IMG/VR virus record: IMGVR_UViG_3300028399_000005
Location: 19,943 to 83,942 of that record
DNA: 64,000 nucleotides
Strand: one strand, 5' to 3'
From: a virus
Each line of letters starts with the position of its first letter. Position 1 is the stretch's first letter. The notes under the pieces were generated by a model. The model made no database searches. It was given only the letters and a program-made list of their open reading frames with translations, and had not been told where the DNA came from. This document shows, piece after piece, positions 8,967 to 19,305 of this stretch. Made by a program: the position numbers and the translations under genes.

Positions 8967-11900
8967 TTACTTCCCGCCTTCTGTTTTTTCTTCTGGCTCG
9001 CAATCACAAAGCGAGTATGCTATCGCAACCGCCTGTTCTCTGCTCATCCGCGGGTTCTCTTCAAGAATTATAGGGATCTTGCGAGAAACGCAGTCATCAA
9101 CGCTCTCGTTGCGCCGACGCTCGCAACGCTTCTTCTTTTTGGCGCTTTCTTTGGCTTTCTCGGCCCAGGCGTCATAGTACTTGGCGAACTCTCGAAGGAT
9201 CGCCTCGTCGCTCACGCTCTCGTGGATTCTGAGCACGGAGCGGAGCAACGAAGCAAGCGCGCTAAAAAGACGCTTGGATCGCTCGAGCTCGCCTTGCGAA
9301 GCATAGGAGCGAGCGGTCTCTGCGACCTCGACGACGATCGGCAAAGCGCTCTCCGCGGGGATCGGCGCCGTGGGCGTGCTTTGCGGATTCTCGAGCCCCT
9401 CGATCTTCGCGATCATCGTGCAACGACAATTCGGATGGATCGGCGGGCGGTTCTCCAAGTCCTTGATCGAGTACTCCGTCCCGTGCAAGGGCTCGCAGAT
9501 CGGGCACACCCGCTCGTCTCGCCAGGCGAGGAAGATCCATTCCTTGATGCCCGCCCGTTCCATTGCTCGTTGTTTCGAGAGATTCGAAGCGAACAAGACC
9601 TCGGTGCGGGCGATGGTCTGTGCACGCTTCGTGGGGACGTCCGCCACGCGGGAAATTCTTCGGGCGATTTTGGGAATGCCTTCGCCAGCCTTGATGCCTT
9701 CTATGATCTCGTAGCGCAACTGTTGCTCGATGTCGAACGACACGGAGTCCGCAACGAGCAGTTTCCGCGTCTCGAGGATCTTTACGGCGTCCTCGTCGAC
9801 AACGTCGAAAACGTCTGGGAGTTCTTGAATGACGGGTTTGCCGTTCTCGTCGATCACGAGGCTGACGCCGAGGACGAGCGCCTTGTCCAAGAACTCGTCA
9901 AGGACGTCTTGGAGCTCTTGCTCGACCCGTTGCACGAACTGTCGAATGTCTGGATCGTCCCGAATGCGGATGTATGCTTGTTCCTCATCCATGCTTGCGT
10001 AGCGCGTGGCGAGCTTCTTGTCAATGCCGAGCTCTTGGCGAAGTTGCGCTATTTTTCGACGAATCGCCCTGGAAAATGCCAAGACGAGCGTTTTTATGCC
10101 CCTTAGTGCTCTGCGTAACAGTTCCGATCTGTTCTCGATCTTGGCGACGTTTCGGCGCTTTTTCTTGACCGTTTTCGGCTTGCTACGGTGCTTGTTCTTG
10201 GCTACCCGTTCCTTCGGTCGCCACTCGCTGATATAGAACGACGACGGCAATAATTCGTCGCTCGAAAGGGCTGGGGCGATCCCTTGCTTCTCGAGCAAGT
10301 CCGCGTAGTAGTTGAGCTTCTGATAGCTCCAACGCGGGAATCGTTGGCGGAGCACGCGCATGATCTGTTTTCGCTCCGAAGTGATTGTTTTCTCGACGAG
10401 GGCTTTTTTGAGCCATGCCTCGATCTTCTTTGCGAATTTGCGCTGGTCTTGAGCGTTCGGATCATCGGGCTTCGCTTCCTCGCCTTCGTCGTCCTCTTGC
10501 TCCTCAATGTTTTCTTCGTCGAGCTCGTCGCCTTGTTGCGAATCTTCATCATTGTTTTCATCGCTCGGTTCTTCTTGGCCAGGCGTTTCTACGACCTCGT
10601 AATCGGGGAGCCCGAAGAGCTCGGGGTCTCGCTGGATCGCTTCTTGGAGCCAAATGTTGAGGTCGAACGGGGCGTTGCCCCAAGGGACGGGGTCGAGCCC
10701 GAGCTCAGTTCTGACCTCGTTCACGGTGATCAAGCCCGAGCGAAGTTTTTGCGAGATCACGGACTGCTTGCGGAGCTCTTCCTCGGCTTCCTCGTCAATG
10801 ATCCATCGAAACTGCACGCGCTTCTCGTCGTCGAACTCGGGAATTATTTCCCTGTTGATGAGTTCCTCGAGGTGCTTGAGCAACGGTTTGATCGTCGCTC
10901 GGCGCATGACGTGCTTTTGCTCGTAGCCCACGGCTTTGTTCACGGTGTCCGTGAGCCCGAGCTCGGACGGCGTGATGAGGAAAGCACTCATGACAATCCG
11001 TTGGAAGAACTCGAGCTCGTCGAGGAGCATGATCTCCTTGCGGGAAAACGTGAGCGGGATAAATTTAAGGTCTCCCTCGCTGTCCGCACCGACTACGGGG
11101 AGCTTGTACGGTTGTCCTTCGACTTCCGACTTCCACATGTCTCGGAACGTCTCGAATTGTTCGAGCGAGCCGAAAATCGCAATGATTCCTTGCGGGATGT
11201 CGCCCTTGTCGTGGAACTTCTCAACGTTCTCGACGATCCGCACGAGCGACTCGACGACTTGTTTCACGCTTTGGAGCGGAGACCAGCCGTAGAGCGAATA
11301 CGTCGTGTCGTGGCGGGCTATCCAGACAATCTCCCTGTTCGAGAAAAACTCGATCTTGCCTCGGAAAGGATTCAGTTGCCAATAACCGATGACGACGCCG
11401 TTCGCGTCGACTTGCTTGACGAACGTTGCCCCGTCCACGGCGAACAATTCTTTCAACAGTCCAGCGGGGGCGTCGAGCGGGACGTATTGGATCGTGGTCT
11501 GCGCACTCTCGGTCTCGAGCGCCTTGTAAGCCCGAGGGTCGAAGTTCTTGACGATAACACCTTGGTCGAGTGTGAGCAAGTCATAGATCCCCTTGCGCAA
11601 GACTTCTTTCAAGCTCTCTTCGTTGGCGTTCACGGTCTCGAAGAACTGCGTGATCTCTTCGATCAGATCGGCGGTCTTCGCAGAATCGTCGAGCGGGTTC
11701 GTCGGCACGATCTCGTACGGAAAGCTCAAGACCTCGTTGATGATCAAGCTCGTGCACCGTTGCACCCAGACCGAGCCCGCAAGCGCCCGCAAGTTCGCAT
11801 GGTCGACGAATTGCTTCGCCGAGACGCCGAGCTGGGACGCCATTCGCCCGATCGCTTGCTTTCGGCTGACGTTTGCGAACTGCTCGGACACAAGGGACTC

Positions 11901-12041
11901 CGACATTGGTTCCACGCCAAAGATCGTGCCGAGATTGAAAATGAACTTCGAAACGTCGCTAACGTCGTCCTTCCCGTTCGTCGGGACGGGCTTCGTCTGC
12001 GCTTTCTCGGCTTGGGCTTGGGCGGGTTCTTCTTCGCTCAT
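8967..12041 (-). CDS. portal protein fused to MuF (SPP1 gp7-like) minor head domain
   Basis: Portal motifs (YGWSPL, PQGII, AFLITPSELG, SGLITVNEVRTELGLDP), acidic linker, then MuF motifs RAQTIARTE, DERVCPIC, PPIHPNCRC. Confidence 0.9.
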   Translation of the reverse strand: MSEEEPAQAQAEKAQTKPVPTNGKDDVSDVSKFIFNLGTIFGVEPMSESLVSEQFANVSRKQAIGRMASQLGVSAKQFVDHANLRALAGSVWVQRCTSLIINEVLSFPYEIVPTNPLDDSAKTADLIEEITQFFETVNANEESLKEVLRKGIYDLLTLDQGVIVKNFDPRAYKALETESAQTTIQYVPLDAPAGLLKELFAVDGATFVKQVDANGVVIGYWQLNPFRGKIEFFSNREIVWIARHDTTYSLYGWSPLQSVKQVVESLVRIVENVEKFHDKGDIPQGIIAIFGSLEQFETFRDMWKSEVEGQPYKLPVVGADSEGDLKFIPLTFSRKEIMLLDELEFFQRIVMSAFLITPSELGLTDTVNKAVGYEQKHVMRRATIKPLLKHLEELINREIIPEFDDEKRVQFRWIIDEEAEEELRKQSVISQKLRSGLITVNEVRTELGLDPVPWGNAPFDLNIWLQEAIQRDPELFGLPDYEVVETPGQEEPSDENNDEDSQQGDELDEENIEEQEDDEGEEAKPDDPNAQDQRKFAKKIEAWLKKALVEKTITSERKQIMRVLRQRFPRWSYQKLNYYADLLEKQGIAPALSSDELLPSSFYISEWRPKERVAKNKHRSKPKTVKKKRRNVAKIENRSELLRRALRGIKTLVLAFSRAIRRKIAQLRQELGIDKKLATRYASMDEEQAYIRIRDDPDIRQFVQRVEQELQDVLDEFLDKALVLGVSLVIDENGKPVIQELPDVFDVVDEDAVKILETRKLLVADSVSFDIEQQLRYEIIEGIKAGEGIPKIARRISRVADVPTKRAQTIARTEVLFASNLSKQRAMERAGIKEWIFLAWRDERVCPICEPLHGTEYSIKDLENRPPIHPNCRCTMIAKIEGLENPQSTPTAPIPAESALPIVVEVAETARSYASQGELERSKRLFSALASLLRSVLRIHESVSDEAILREFAKYYDAWAEKAKESAKKKKRCERRRNESVDDCVSRKIPIILEENPRMSREQAVAIAYSLCDCEPEEKTEGGK

Positions 12042-12068
12042 TTCGAATCATCTCTCTCGGGCGGGTTA

Positions 12069-12599
12069 TTATTTTTTCGAGTCGCTCGGTAGCTTCTTGC
12101 TCGCCTTCTTCGCAATTGCGACGAGTTCTTGGTGCGGGGCGGGTGGCTCTTTCACGACTTTCGGCGCTTTCGACGGAGCCTTGCGTTTCGGCTTTTCTTT
12201 CGCCTTCTTCGGCTTATCTTTCTTCTCTTCCTTCTTTTCTTCTGGCTCGGGTTCTTCCACGTCCGTTTCGTCCGTCTTCGAGGGTTCCGCCGTCTTGACG
12301 CCGTCGCCGTATTTTCGGCGCAAATCGTAGCGTTCTTTTCGTGTCTGCCCGTCGGGGTGCTTGCAGGCGAGATTCGTGCACCACACGGAAATCTCGACCC
12401 ATGATTTCTTCGCCTTAGGGTCGTGGAAAAACTCAACGCCCGTAATCATCTTGTTGCCCGTGCAACCCTTCGCGTCGCACGAGAACTTCCGATGTGAAAC
12501 CATCGGGATCATGGTGCTGGCGTAGTAATGATCGTAACTCTGCCCTGGCACTCGGGATCGTGTAAAACCATACGTTTTGTTTTCTTTCTTGTTGCTCAT
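12069..12599 (-). CDS. Cys-containing protein with Lys/Glu/Pro-rich tail
   Basis: CDAKGC and CTNLAC motifs; co-oriented with the portal gene. Confidence 0.6.
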   Translation of the reverse strand: MSNKKENKTYGFTRSRVPGQSYDHYYASTMIPMVSHRKFSCDAKGCTGNKMITGVEFFHDPKAKKSWVEISVWCTNLACKHPDGQTRKERYDLRRKYGDGVKTAEPSKTDETDVEEPEPEEKKEEKKDKPKKAKEKPKRKAPSKAPKVVKEPPAPHQELVAIAKKASKKLPSDSKK

Positions 12600-13054
12600 T
12601 CTAATCGCTCCTTTTTGCTTTCACGGATTCTTGCGCTGGTCTCTTGCTGGTGCAACCATGCCACGAACTCTGGGAGCAGTTCCTCGTGCCTCTCCGCGAG
12701 GAACGCCACGACGTTCTCCGCCGTGATGATCGCCTCGTTCTCTTGAACGTTCTCGGCGTCTTGGTCTTCTTGACCGTAGCGGATAAGGATCAGCGAGGTC
12801 TGGCGGATCTCTCGGATCAAGTCGAGCGCCATGCGGAGATTCTGCGGTTTCGAGTAATCCGCGGTCATCTCGATCTTTGCGAGCATCTCGGTAAGGCTTC
12901 GCAAGATGACCCTATTGATGTCGAGGACATTGTTCGTGCGCTCGATCAGCGTTGCGATGTTCGTCTGCACTGGGAGGTCGATGGCGGGCTCTGGCTGTTG
13001 CTTCCCTGGCGGGCTGGTGTCTTCGAAAAAATCGTCGAAATCGTCAGCGCTCAT
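12596..13054 (-). CDS. helical hypothetical protein (possible small terminase or head-module protein)
   Basis: ORF two genes upstream of portal; function inferred from position only. Confidence 0.5.
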   Translation of the reverse strand: MSADDFDDFFEDTSPPGKQQPEPAIDLPVQTNIATLIERTNNVLDINRVILRSLTEMLAKIEMTADYSKPQNLRMALDLIREIRQTSLILIRYGQEDQDAENVQENEAIITAENVVAFLAERHEELLPEFVAWLHQQETSARIRESKKERLE

Positions 13055-13132
13055 TATATCGTTCAACTATATAAAGAAAAAACTATATAATAGTAATGAT
13101 AAAATGGCGGGAGAGGAAAAAAGATAGCCGTG

Positions 13133-14452
13133 CTACAAGTAGCCGAGCTGTTTTTCGGCGGAGAACAAGCCGAACACCCGTTTTCTGTGTTTCTGGCGCA
13201 GACCGAGCATCTTCCGAGCGAAGTCTTGGAGCGAGAACCCAGCGTTGGCTTCCTTCTCCGCGTCGCCGAGAAAATCGAACAAGATCTTGCTAAACGGCGA
13301 CCCTTCCACGGCGAGAGCGAACGCTTTCCGTTGCTCATCGGCGGGGGCTTGGTTCTTCCGATTAACGCCTTCCTTGAACGCTTGCACCGCCTTCTCGTAC
13401 ATTACGCCGACAAGCGTCTCAACCTCGGCGTATCGTTGTTTCACGGCGTCGCCGAAGTTCGTGTGCACGATCTCGTAGAAATCTCTGCTCCCCTCGGCGA
13501 GGTCTCGCAGAATCGCCTCGAACATCTCGAACCCGCTCTGCTGGCGCACTCTCGAGAGCAAGAAGAACTCTTCCTTCTTGATTTTTAAACGGTTTCCGTT
13601 CGCGTCCCTCGCAACGAACCCCTCTTCGTCTTTCTCTAAGTCTCCGAGCAACTCGAGGGCGTAGTTGATGTTGTCGGCTGGTATGCGTCTCGGTCTCAGT
13701 GCGCCGATCATGCCAGCGACGCCGTCGAGTGTGTTTGCCTTCGTGATCTCCGCCCTGTAAGACTCGTTCTGGCCCGCAACGCGCATCGTGAGCAACGCCG
13801 TTTGGTGCTTGTCGTAGCGAGTAACGAGGCTGTGGCGACTCCAGTGCGGGAACATGACCTCGAAAGCGTAGGTGAATCGCTTGCTCAAGAGATCGTCGAG
13901 CTGGTCAAGGCTGACGTCGAGCGCCGTCAAGAAACCGTCGACGAAATCGATGTCGGCGGGGATCTTGTTCCGCGTGGCGAAAACCCAATCACCACAGTAG
14001 TAGAAAACGTTGAGTAATGTACCATCGAACTTCGTCTCGAGCCACGCCCGCTCCCAATCGAAGTCGACGTGGCGCCCTTCTTCCTCGTTGTAATTGAAGA
14101 ACCGAGGGAAGGCGAGGGCTACATAGTTGCCCTTGGCGTCCACGACGAGCCCGCGCATGACTTGGAACAGGGGTTCTCGGCGCACGAGCCTCGTCAGCCC
14201 AAGATTCGTGTTGAGTTTCATGGTCTGGCGGTAGTTGAGCAAGAACAAGTCCTTCTCGGGGTGTTGCCGAACGTTGATGCCAAAGATGAAAGCATCGAGA
14301 TAGTCCTCGGCGTAGTATCTGCGCCCCTCGTGGTAGTACATGTTGCCGTCCCGCTCGTCGAACACCGAGACCTTGCGCTTGGGGAAGGCTTTCTTCTCGA
14401 CGAGGCGGGCGAGCATCTCGTACTGCAACATTTCTTCGATCTTGTCTGTCAT
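13133..14452 (-). CDS. T4 Rnl1-like RNA ligase
   Basis: RGLVVD, AFPRFFNYNE, motif I KFDGT, FE, EGFV and RLKIK nucleotidyltransferase motifs. Confidence 0.88.
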   Translation of the reverse strand: MTDKIEEMLQYEMLARLVEKKAFPKRKVSVFDERDGNMYYHEGRRYYAEDYLDAFIFGINVRQHPEKDLFLLNYRQTMKLNTNLGLTRLVRREPLFQVMRGLVVDAKGNYVALAFPRFFNYNEEEGRHVDFDWERAWLETKFDGTLLNVFYYCGDWVFATRNKIPADIDFVDGFLTALDVSLDQLDDLLSKRFTYAFEVMFPHWSRHSLVTRYDKHQTALLTMRVAGQNESYRAEITKANTLDGVAGMIGALRPRRIPADNINYALELLGDLEKDEEGFVARDANGNRLKIKKEEFFLLSRVRQQSGFEMFEAILRDLAEGSRDFYEIVHTNFGDAVKQRYAEVETLVGVMYEKAVQAFKEGVNRKNQAPADEQRKAFALAVEGSPFSKILFDFLGDAEKEANAGFSLQDFARKMLGLRQKHRKRVFGLFSAEKQLGYL

Positions 14453-14515
14453 TATTGAAAAATACGTATAAAAAATATATAAGAATTGTGTGATGTTGGA
14501 ACAAGGCGGGAGAAG

Positions 14516-15347
14516 CTACCATTCGCCGAGCTCCTTTTCGATCCGCTCCCTCGCCATGTCGACGTATTCTTGCTTGACGTCGATCCCGATGAACAATGCG
14601 CCTCGTCTCACGGCACAGGCGCCGACGGTACCGCTACCCATGAACGGGTCGAGCACTGTGGCTTCTACCGCAAACTCGCTCCCGCAACCACATGACGGCT
14701 CGTAGCGGGCGAGGACTCGTTGTTTCTTGAGACTTTCAAGAATGTTCCTCTTCGTTACCGAAGGGTCTTGCGCCAAGTGCTTCTCGTACTCCTTCAAAGC
14801 AACACCGCCGTATTTTTCGACGTCTCCGTCGTCTCCCACGATCCGCTTGTATTCGTAAACGGGGACGAAGGGCGCCTGGCAGTGCGAGCACACGAACGGC
14901 GGTAGCGAGGTCGCCATGATTTTCTCGACGAGTTTCTCGGGGAAAACAGCCACGTGCGCTCCCTTGTAAGAAGCCGTGGGGATGACCCAAGTGCTCCGTC
15001 CGAGGCGCTTAGGCTTCGCAACCAAGGCTTTGCCCTTGTAGTAATACTTCGAACTCAGCTCTTCGTAGAACGTCGCATAGTAATACTTGGGTTGTTTCAC
15101 GAACATGGTTACAATTGTTCGAATCAGTTTTCGTTCCGTCGTAGAACACTGGCTCTGTTCCGTAGGAGCGCAGTCCATAGTACGGTGGCGATGTTACGAC
15201 GAGGTGCACGTTCTTACCGTCTTTTTTTAGTTTTCTTAATTCTTCCAAGGCGTGCCCACGAATGAGTTTCGTTTTTGGGTTTTTCTCAATGCGTAGCCTC
15301 GATCTTCGTGAAATCGCTTCTTCCTCTGATAAAAATGGTCTCCCCAT
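14516..15347 (-). pseudogene. N4/N6 DNA methyltransferase, split with apparent internal deletion
   Basis: TSPPYYGLR is in one frame (to ~15110); HVAVFPEKL and [10 protein letters not shown] are in another; the usual central region is missing. Confidence 0.7.
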
Positions 15348-15416
15348 GGATAAGAAAAGAAACAACTAAAAATAAAAAACAAGCGAGGCGTTATAACGCC
15401 TGCTAAAAAGAGCACA

Positions 15417-16286
15417 CTACTTCTTCGCGTTTTTGACGATTCGCATGAGGTTGTCCTCGGTCTTGTGCGGATCGTAGGCGACGCGCACGAGCAAAACCCT
15501 ATTGTTCCGCCATGTTTTTGGAACGACGACGTGCGCCCCGCTCGAGAATTTCTTGACCTCGGCTTCCTTGATCTCGATGTCGGGGAGCATCTTGTGCCCC
15601 CGTTCCTTGAAGTACTTGCGGATCTTCTCATCAACGCCGTCCCGAATGATTGAGGAAAGCCAGATCCGCACCGCTCGCTCCGTCTCATAGATCGCGTAGA
15701 ACGCAATGTCGAGGTCGAACACGTCCGTGTAGGCGATCGCTCTCACGATAGGGAGTGAGTATCGCTTGCTAAGGATGAGCAACGTCATGTCTCGGTAGTT
15801 CTTGTCGCCAGAGAATTCCACATAGTCCGCTATCATGCGCTCCAATACTGTGTTCGCAATGTTCGGGAAAACGTCGAACCCTATCTCCTTGATGATCTTT
15901 TCCACTTTTTCGTAGGCGTGGCGCCTGAAGTCCTCGTAGTACCTCGGCGAGTCCTCGAGCTTGTTGAGGATCGCAGAGACGAGATCGACCCCCCACGTTT
16001 GCAAGAAATTGCCCTCTCCTTCGACGACCATGACTATGTTGCCGTCTTTGTCATAGACTTCGAGTTCTCGGCGCCAAGCGTCGAACTTGATAGTTTTTGC
16101 ATAGACTGGGAGAGTGTATTGCTCGATGAAGTCGTCTTGATCGGCTTCGTCCTCGATAGTTTCGAGGACGTCCTCAAGCGCCTCGAGGTATATTTTATTG
16201 GGGATGTGGAATTTCCTTCCAGACAATTTAGAGTCTCCGAGTCGCATCATGCCTCGCTTTAGCCATCCCTTCGGATTCTCCATCAT
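15417..16286 (-). CDS. protein with C-terminal DUF2080/AbrB-like DNA-binding domain
   Basis: C-terminal EVKKFSSGAHVVVPKTWRNNRVLLVRV; SD GAGGTGA before the start. Confidence 0.65.
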   Translation of the reverse strand: MMENPKGWLKRGMMRLGDSKLSGRKFHIPNKIYLEALEDVLETIEDEADQDDFIEQYTLPVYAKTIKFDAWRRELEVYDKDGNIVMVVEGEGNFLQTWGVDLVSAILNKLEDSPRYYEDFRRHAYEKVEKIIKEIGFDVFPNIANTVLERMIADYVEFSGDKNYRDMTLLILSKRYSLPIVRAIAYTDVFDLDIAFYAIYETERAVRIWLSSIIRDGVDEKIRKYFKERGHKMLPDIEIKEAEVKKFSSGAHVVVPKTWRNNRVLLVRVAYDPHKTEDNLMRIVKNAKK

Positions 16287-16648
16287 GCATTCACCTCTTT
16301 CTTGGGTTGATACCAGAAGCGGAAATAATGCATTAAATATTCGGCAAAAGGCTCTTCCAAGAACTTTGCAAGCATTTGGTCGAATGACTCTTTTCGCCAT
16401 TCGATGTTGGCGATTCGTTGTCTGTGAATGTACACCCGTGCGGGGTGCGCTTGCCCGCAGTGAGCGCACTCAAGCAACGCTGGGACGTAAATGTAGCTTC
16501 GACGGAGTTTCGGCGGTGTCGGCACGTAGTCATGGAAGCGGTATACTTGCCTCGTTTTGCCGAGAAACGTCGTCTTGAGCTCTACAAGCTCGCCTGTCGC
16601 CCCGCAAGGGGGCGTAGCTCTGAGTTGAAAAACGTCATAACTCATCAT
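16283..16648 (-). CDS. small Zn-binding hypothetical protein
   Basis: CC and CAHC motifs; overlaps the start of the next gene. Confidence 0.6.
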   Translation of the reverse strand: MMSYDVFQLRATPPCGATGELVELKTTFLGKTRQVYRFHDYVPTPPKLRRSYIYVPALLECAHCGQAHPARVYIHRQRIANIEWRKESFDQMLAKFLEEPFAEYLMHYFRFWYQPKKEVNA

Positions 16649-16743
16649 ATATATGTATATATATGCGATATATAACTATTTTTGTTTATTAAAACAATGG
16701 ATGAGCTGGGGGTCTCTTCGCGGTTAAGTGGGGTATGTCTTTA

Positions 16744-16789
16744 TCACAACCTTTATATAATACTGTTTCCTATATTATATTGAGGAAAC
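16744..16789 (+). promoter_or_regulatory. class-1 promoter
   Basis: tcacaacctttatataatactgtttcctatattatattg. Confidence 0.8.
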
Positions 16790-17089
16790 ATGTATAAGCG
16801 AGCAAAGATCGATTACGGAAAGATTGACGAATTCAACATGAGCCCCGTCGAAGAAATAATCATCGACGAGCTCAAGGACTTCGGCTTCGAGACGGCGTAC
16901 TACGAAGACGCCGTTTTCACGAAGAACGAACGCGGACAGCTCGTCATCCGCGTTCCGAAATTTAACGAGCTCTATGACTCCAAGAACTTAATCGCCCTCA
17001 AACTAATTCAGAAGTTCTTAGAGGACGCACGCATCTACAGCAGGCTCGTCTCAATCCAAGACGAATTCCAACTCGTCTTCGAACAGTAA
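16790..17089 (+). CDS. hypothetical protein
   Basis: ORF after class-1 promoter, followed by a pyrimidine-rich terminator. Confidence 0.7.
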   Translation: MYKRAKIDYGKIDEFNMSPVEEIIIDELKDFGFETAYYEDAVFTKNERGQLVIRVPKFNELYDSKNLIALKLIQKFLEDARIYSRLVSIQDEFQLVFEQ

Positions 17090-17122
17090 TAGCCATACTT
17101 CTCCTTCTTCTTTTCTCCGTTT

Positions 17123-18148
17123 TTAGCCCGTTTTTCGCATTCTTTTCAACGCATGCTTCTTCTCGAGCCACTCGCGGGTCTTACGAACGTGGTACGCCGT
17201 AATTTCTTGCTTGAAGTCAAGCCAGCGAAGGTACGAGAAAAGCTCGACGATCTCGTGCTCCGTCAGCCCCGCTTCGAGAAGGAAAGCCGTTGCGCTCACC
17301 CTCGCCTGGTGGTCGGGGTTCAACGCGGAGATCCGTTTCACGAGCGTTTTCGGCATTACTCGCCCAAAGAAACGAAGAACAGCTTCTCGAGACGTTTTCT
17401 CCTCGAAATCGAGCATTGCTACTTGTTTCTGCTCTAAAGCGACGTTCGAAATCTCGACAGAGCGGGTTTCCTCGATTTCGAAAGCGTACCCCTCGTACTC
17501 GTTCACGAGCTTTCCCAGCGAGACTTTGCTCCCCGCCCCACACGGCGCGACGAAATCGTCGATGTCCTCGACGTTCGTCGTGAGAAAATCAATGAAAGAA
17601 ACAGATTCTTCGATTTGTGTATTCGTCGCCACGTAACAAAAACTGTTCGTGTCGTAGCGGTACGTCCCTGGGATGCGCGTCAAGCGTCGTAAGTCCCCGT
17701 GCACGTGCGGGTCGGCGCTTTCGAGCTCGAGCTTCGCCACGATCCCGTTCTGCGCTTGCAACACGCTCGAGACCACGCTCGACATGTTCTGGGGGTTCAC
17801 GAGCACGGGTTCGAGAGAGACATAGACGTGGAATCCTTTCTTCCCCGAGAAAACGACAAAGTGTTCGACTCCTTGCTCGTGCAACTCCGCGTCGAGCATT
17901 TTCATGTCCCGATACGCGCTCGCACCGTCGAGGTCGAAAAAAAGTTTGTCCACGACGATCTCGGGGTAGGAATACACAGAAACGAACTTCGGGCTCTTGT
18001 GCGGGCTTTTCGCCACGAGCTCAAGGATCTGCTTCTGCGAAGAAACGGGGTATGGTAACCTTGCAGGGAAGCCGACTTCCCGCCGTTGTGTTTTCGAAGT
18101 TGGAAAAAGCGCCTTGAGGGCGTTCTTGAGGTGTTCCCGCAAGATCAT
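17123..18148 (-). CDS. archaeo-eukaryotic primase (PriS) with C-terminal PriL/PriX-like helical domain
   Basis: LFFDLDG, FSGKKGFHVY, DLRRLTRIPGT; C-terminal HQARV...DFKQEITAYHV. Confidence 0.88.
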   Translation of the reverse strand: MILREHLKNALKALFPTSKTQRREVGFPARLPYPVSSQKQILELVAKSPHKSPKFVSVYSYPEIVVDKLFFDLDGASAYRDMKMLDAELHEQGVEHFVVFSGKKGFHVYVSLEPVLVNPQNMSSVVSSVLQAQNGIVAKLELESADPHVHGDLRRLTRIPGTYRYDTNSFCYVATNTQIEESVSFIDFLTTNVEDIDDFVAPCGAGSKVSLGKLVNEYEGYAFEIEETRSVEISNVALEQKQVAMLDFEEKTSREAVLRFFGRVMPKTLVKRISALNPDHQARVSATAFLLEAGLTEHEIVELFSYLRWLDFKQEITAYHVRKTREWLEKKHALKRMRKTG

Positions 18149-18807
18149 CTCATCACCTCGACGCGTTGCTTCTTCGAGAGCGCAATGAATTCGGCGAGCC
18201 TCTCGCTGAGAAAATGCTCCCAATTGCGGGCAAGACTGTGATATATGATCTTGAAGTCCCGTCCATGAGCGTCCTTCTTCGGGGTGATATATACGTGTAG
18301 CGCGTGAGCAACTTCATGAAGGATCGTGTCGACGATCTCGTACGCTTTTGTTGTAGCGATCCTACCACTTTTGAACGAGTTTACGTAGATTTTGATCATT
18401 GATTCGGCGGGATCGTTGAAATGTTGACCGTAGTATGGTTTTTTCTCCAAAGAAAACTCTATCGGGAGCGCCAGGCTGGCCGATCTTACGGCACAAAATC
18501 GCGGGTCGTGGAAGAAATGCTCGAACATCGTCATCGCGAAGATTCGGGGGAGCGGGATTAGGGCGATTTTTACGAGCGACGGTAGCCGTTCGATCGCCCC
18601 GCGAAACTCGATCGCTACTCTTAGCCACTTGAAGGGGAAGAACTCAACGTTGATTGATCGCCCGTCGTCGCTTATCTCGATTTTCTCATGATACGGTTCG
18701 AACGTTTTTTTCAAGAAGTCCGTCGGTTTTAGCCCGAGTCTTCGTTTCCATTCTTCATGTTCGTATGGCGTGAAACACTTCATTGGGCTACGTTTCGTGG
18801 CGATCAA
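18145..18807 (-). CDS. SprT-like zinc metalloprotease
   Basis: TILHEVAHA and AHGRDFK motifs. Confidence 0.75.
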   Translation of the reverse strand: MIATKRSPMKCFTPYEHEEWKRRLGLKPTDFLKKTFEPYHEKIEISDDGRSINVEFFPFKWLRVAIEFRGAIERLPSLVKIALIPLPRIFAMTMFEHFFHDPRFCAVRSASLALPIEFSLEKKPYYGQHFNDPAESMIKIYVNSFKSGRIATTKAYEIVDTILHEVAHALHVYITPKKDAHGRDFKIIYHSLARNWEHFLSERLAEFIALSKKQRVEVMR

Positions 18808-18849
18808 TAAAAAAATAATCGCTCGTTAGAACGGAAGGGCGGAAATAGC

Positions 18850-19305
18850 TTAGATTGCGTCGTAAACGACGAATTCCACGAAATTGCTTCCTTCGAGCCT
18901 GTGAACCAGTATTGCTGGGTTCTCGATCTTCGCCCTCGCAAAAGCGTCGCTATACATGAATCGGAACACTTCGAGCAACGCAAAATCAACGACCCGCTTG
19001 TATCGTTGGTACAACGTTATGAACATGTCTTTGACGACGTTGATGTCTGGGATGTCGTGAATGCGCGGTAGCGCAAGAACCTCGAACGAGCTTGGGCGCA
19101 CCCGAACCTCGCTCTGGAACATGAAGAACATCAAGAGCCAGTCTATGACGAATTTTTTGTGGTTGAAGACATGCTCTGCTTCTTGCAAGTAGTACAACTG
19201 ACTGACGGTTCGTATCCCTTCGATCTCGTCCGCAAACTTCTCGTCTATTAGTTTCCTTACTTCTTTCTCAATTTCGTCGAGCGATTGAAGTTTCCTTTTT
19301 GTCAT
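18850..19305 (-). CDS. hypothetical protein
   Basis: ORF preceded by TATA box and CGTTAGAACG-type operator (19346-19355). Confidence 0.65.
   Translation of the reverse strand: MTKRKLQSLDEIEKEVRKLIDEKFADEIEGIRTVSQLYYLQEAEHVFNHKKFVIDWLLMFFMFQSEVRVRPSSFEVLALPRIHDIPDINVVKDMFITLYQRYKRVVDFALLEVFRFMYSDAFARAKIENPAILVHRLEGSNFVEFVVYDAI

Noticed and set aside
10284-12092. 602-aa plus-strand ORF and other long antisense ORFs (e.g. 34700-36289, 57683-58564)
   Set aside because: Shadow ORFs opposite motif-supported genes, expected from the biased codon usage
15417-15600. DUF2080-like domain as evidence of a transposon
   Set aside because: No transposase or TnpB gene and no terminal repeats nearby
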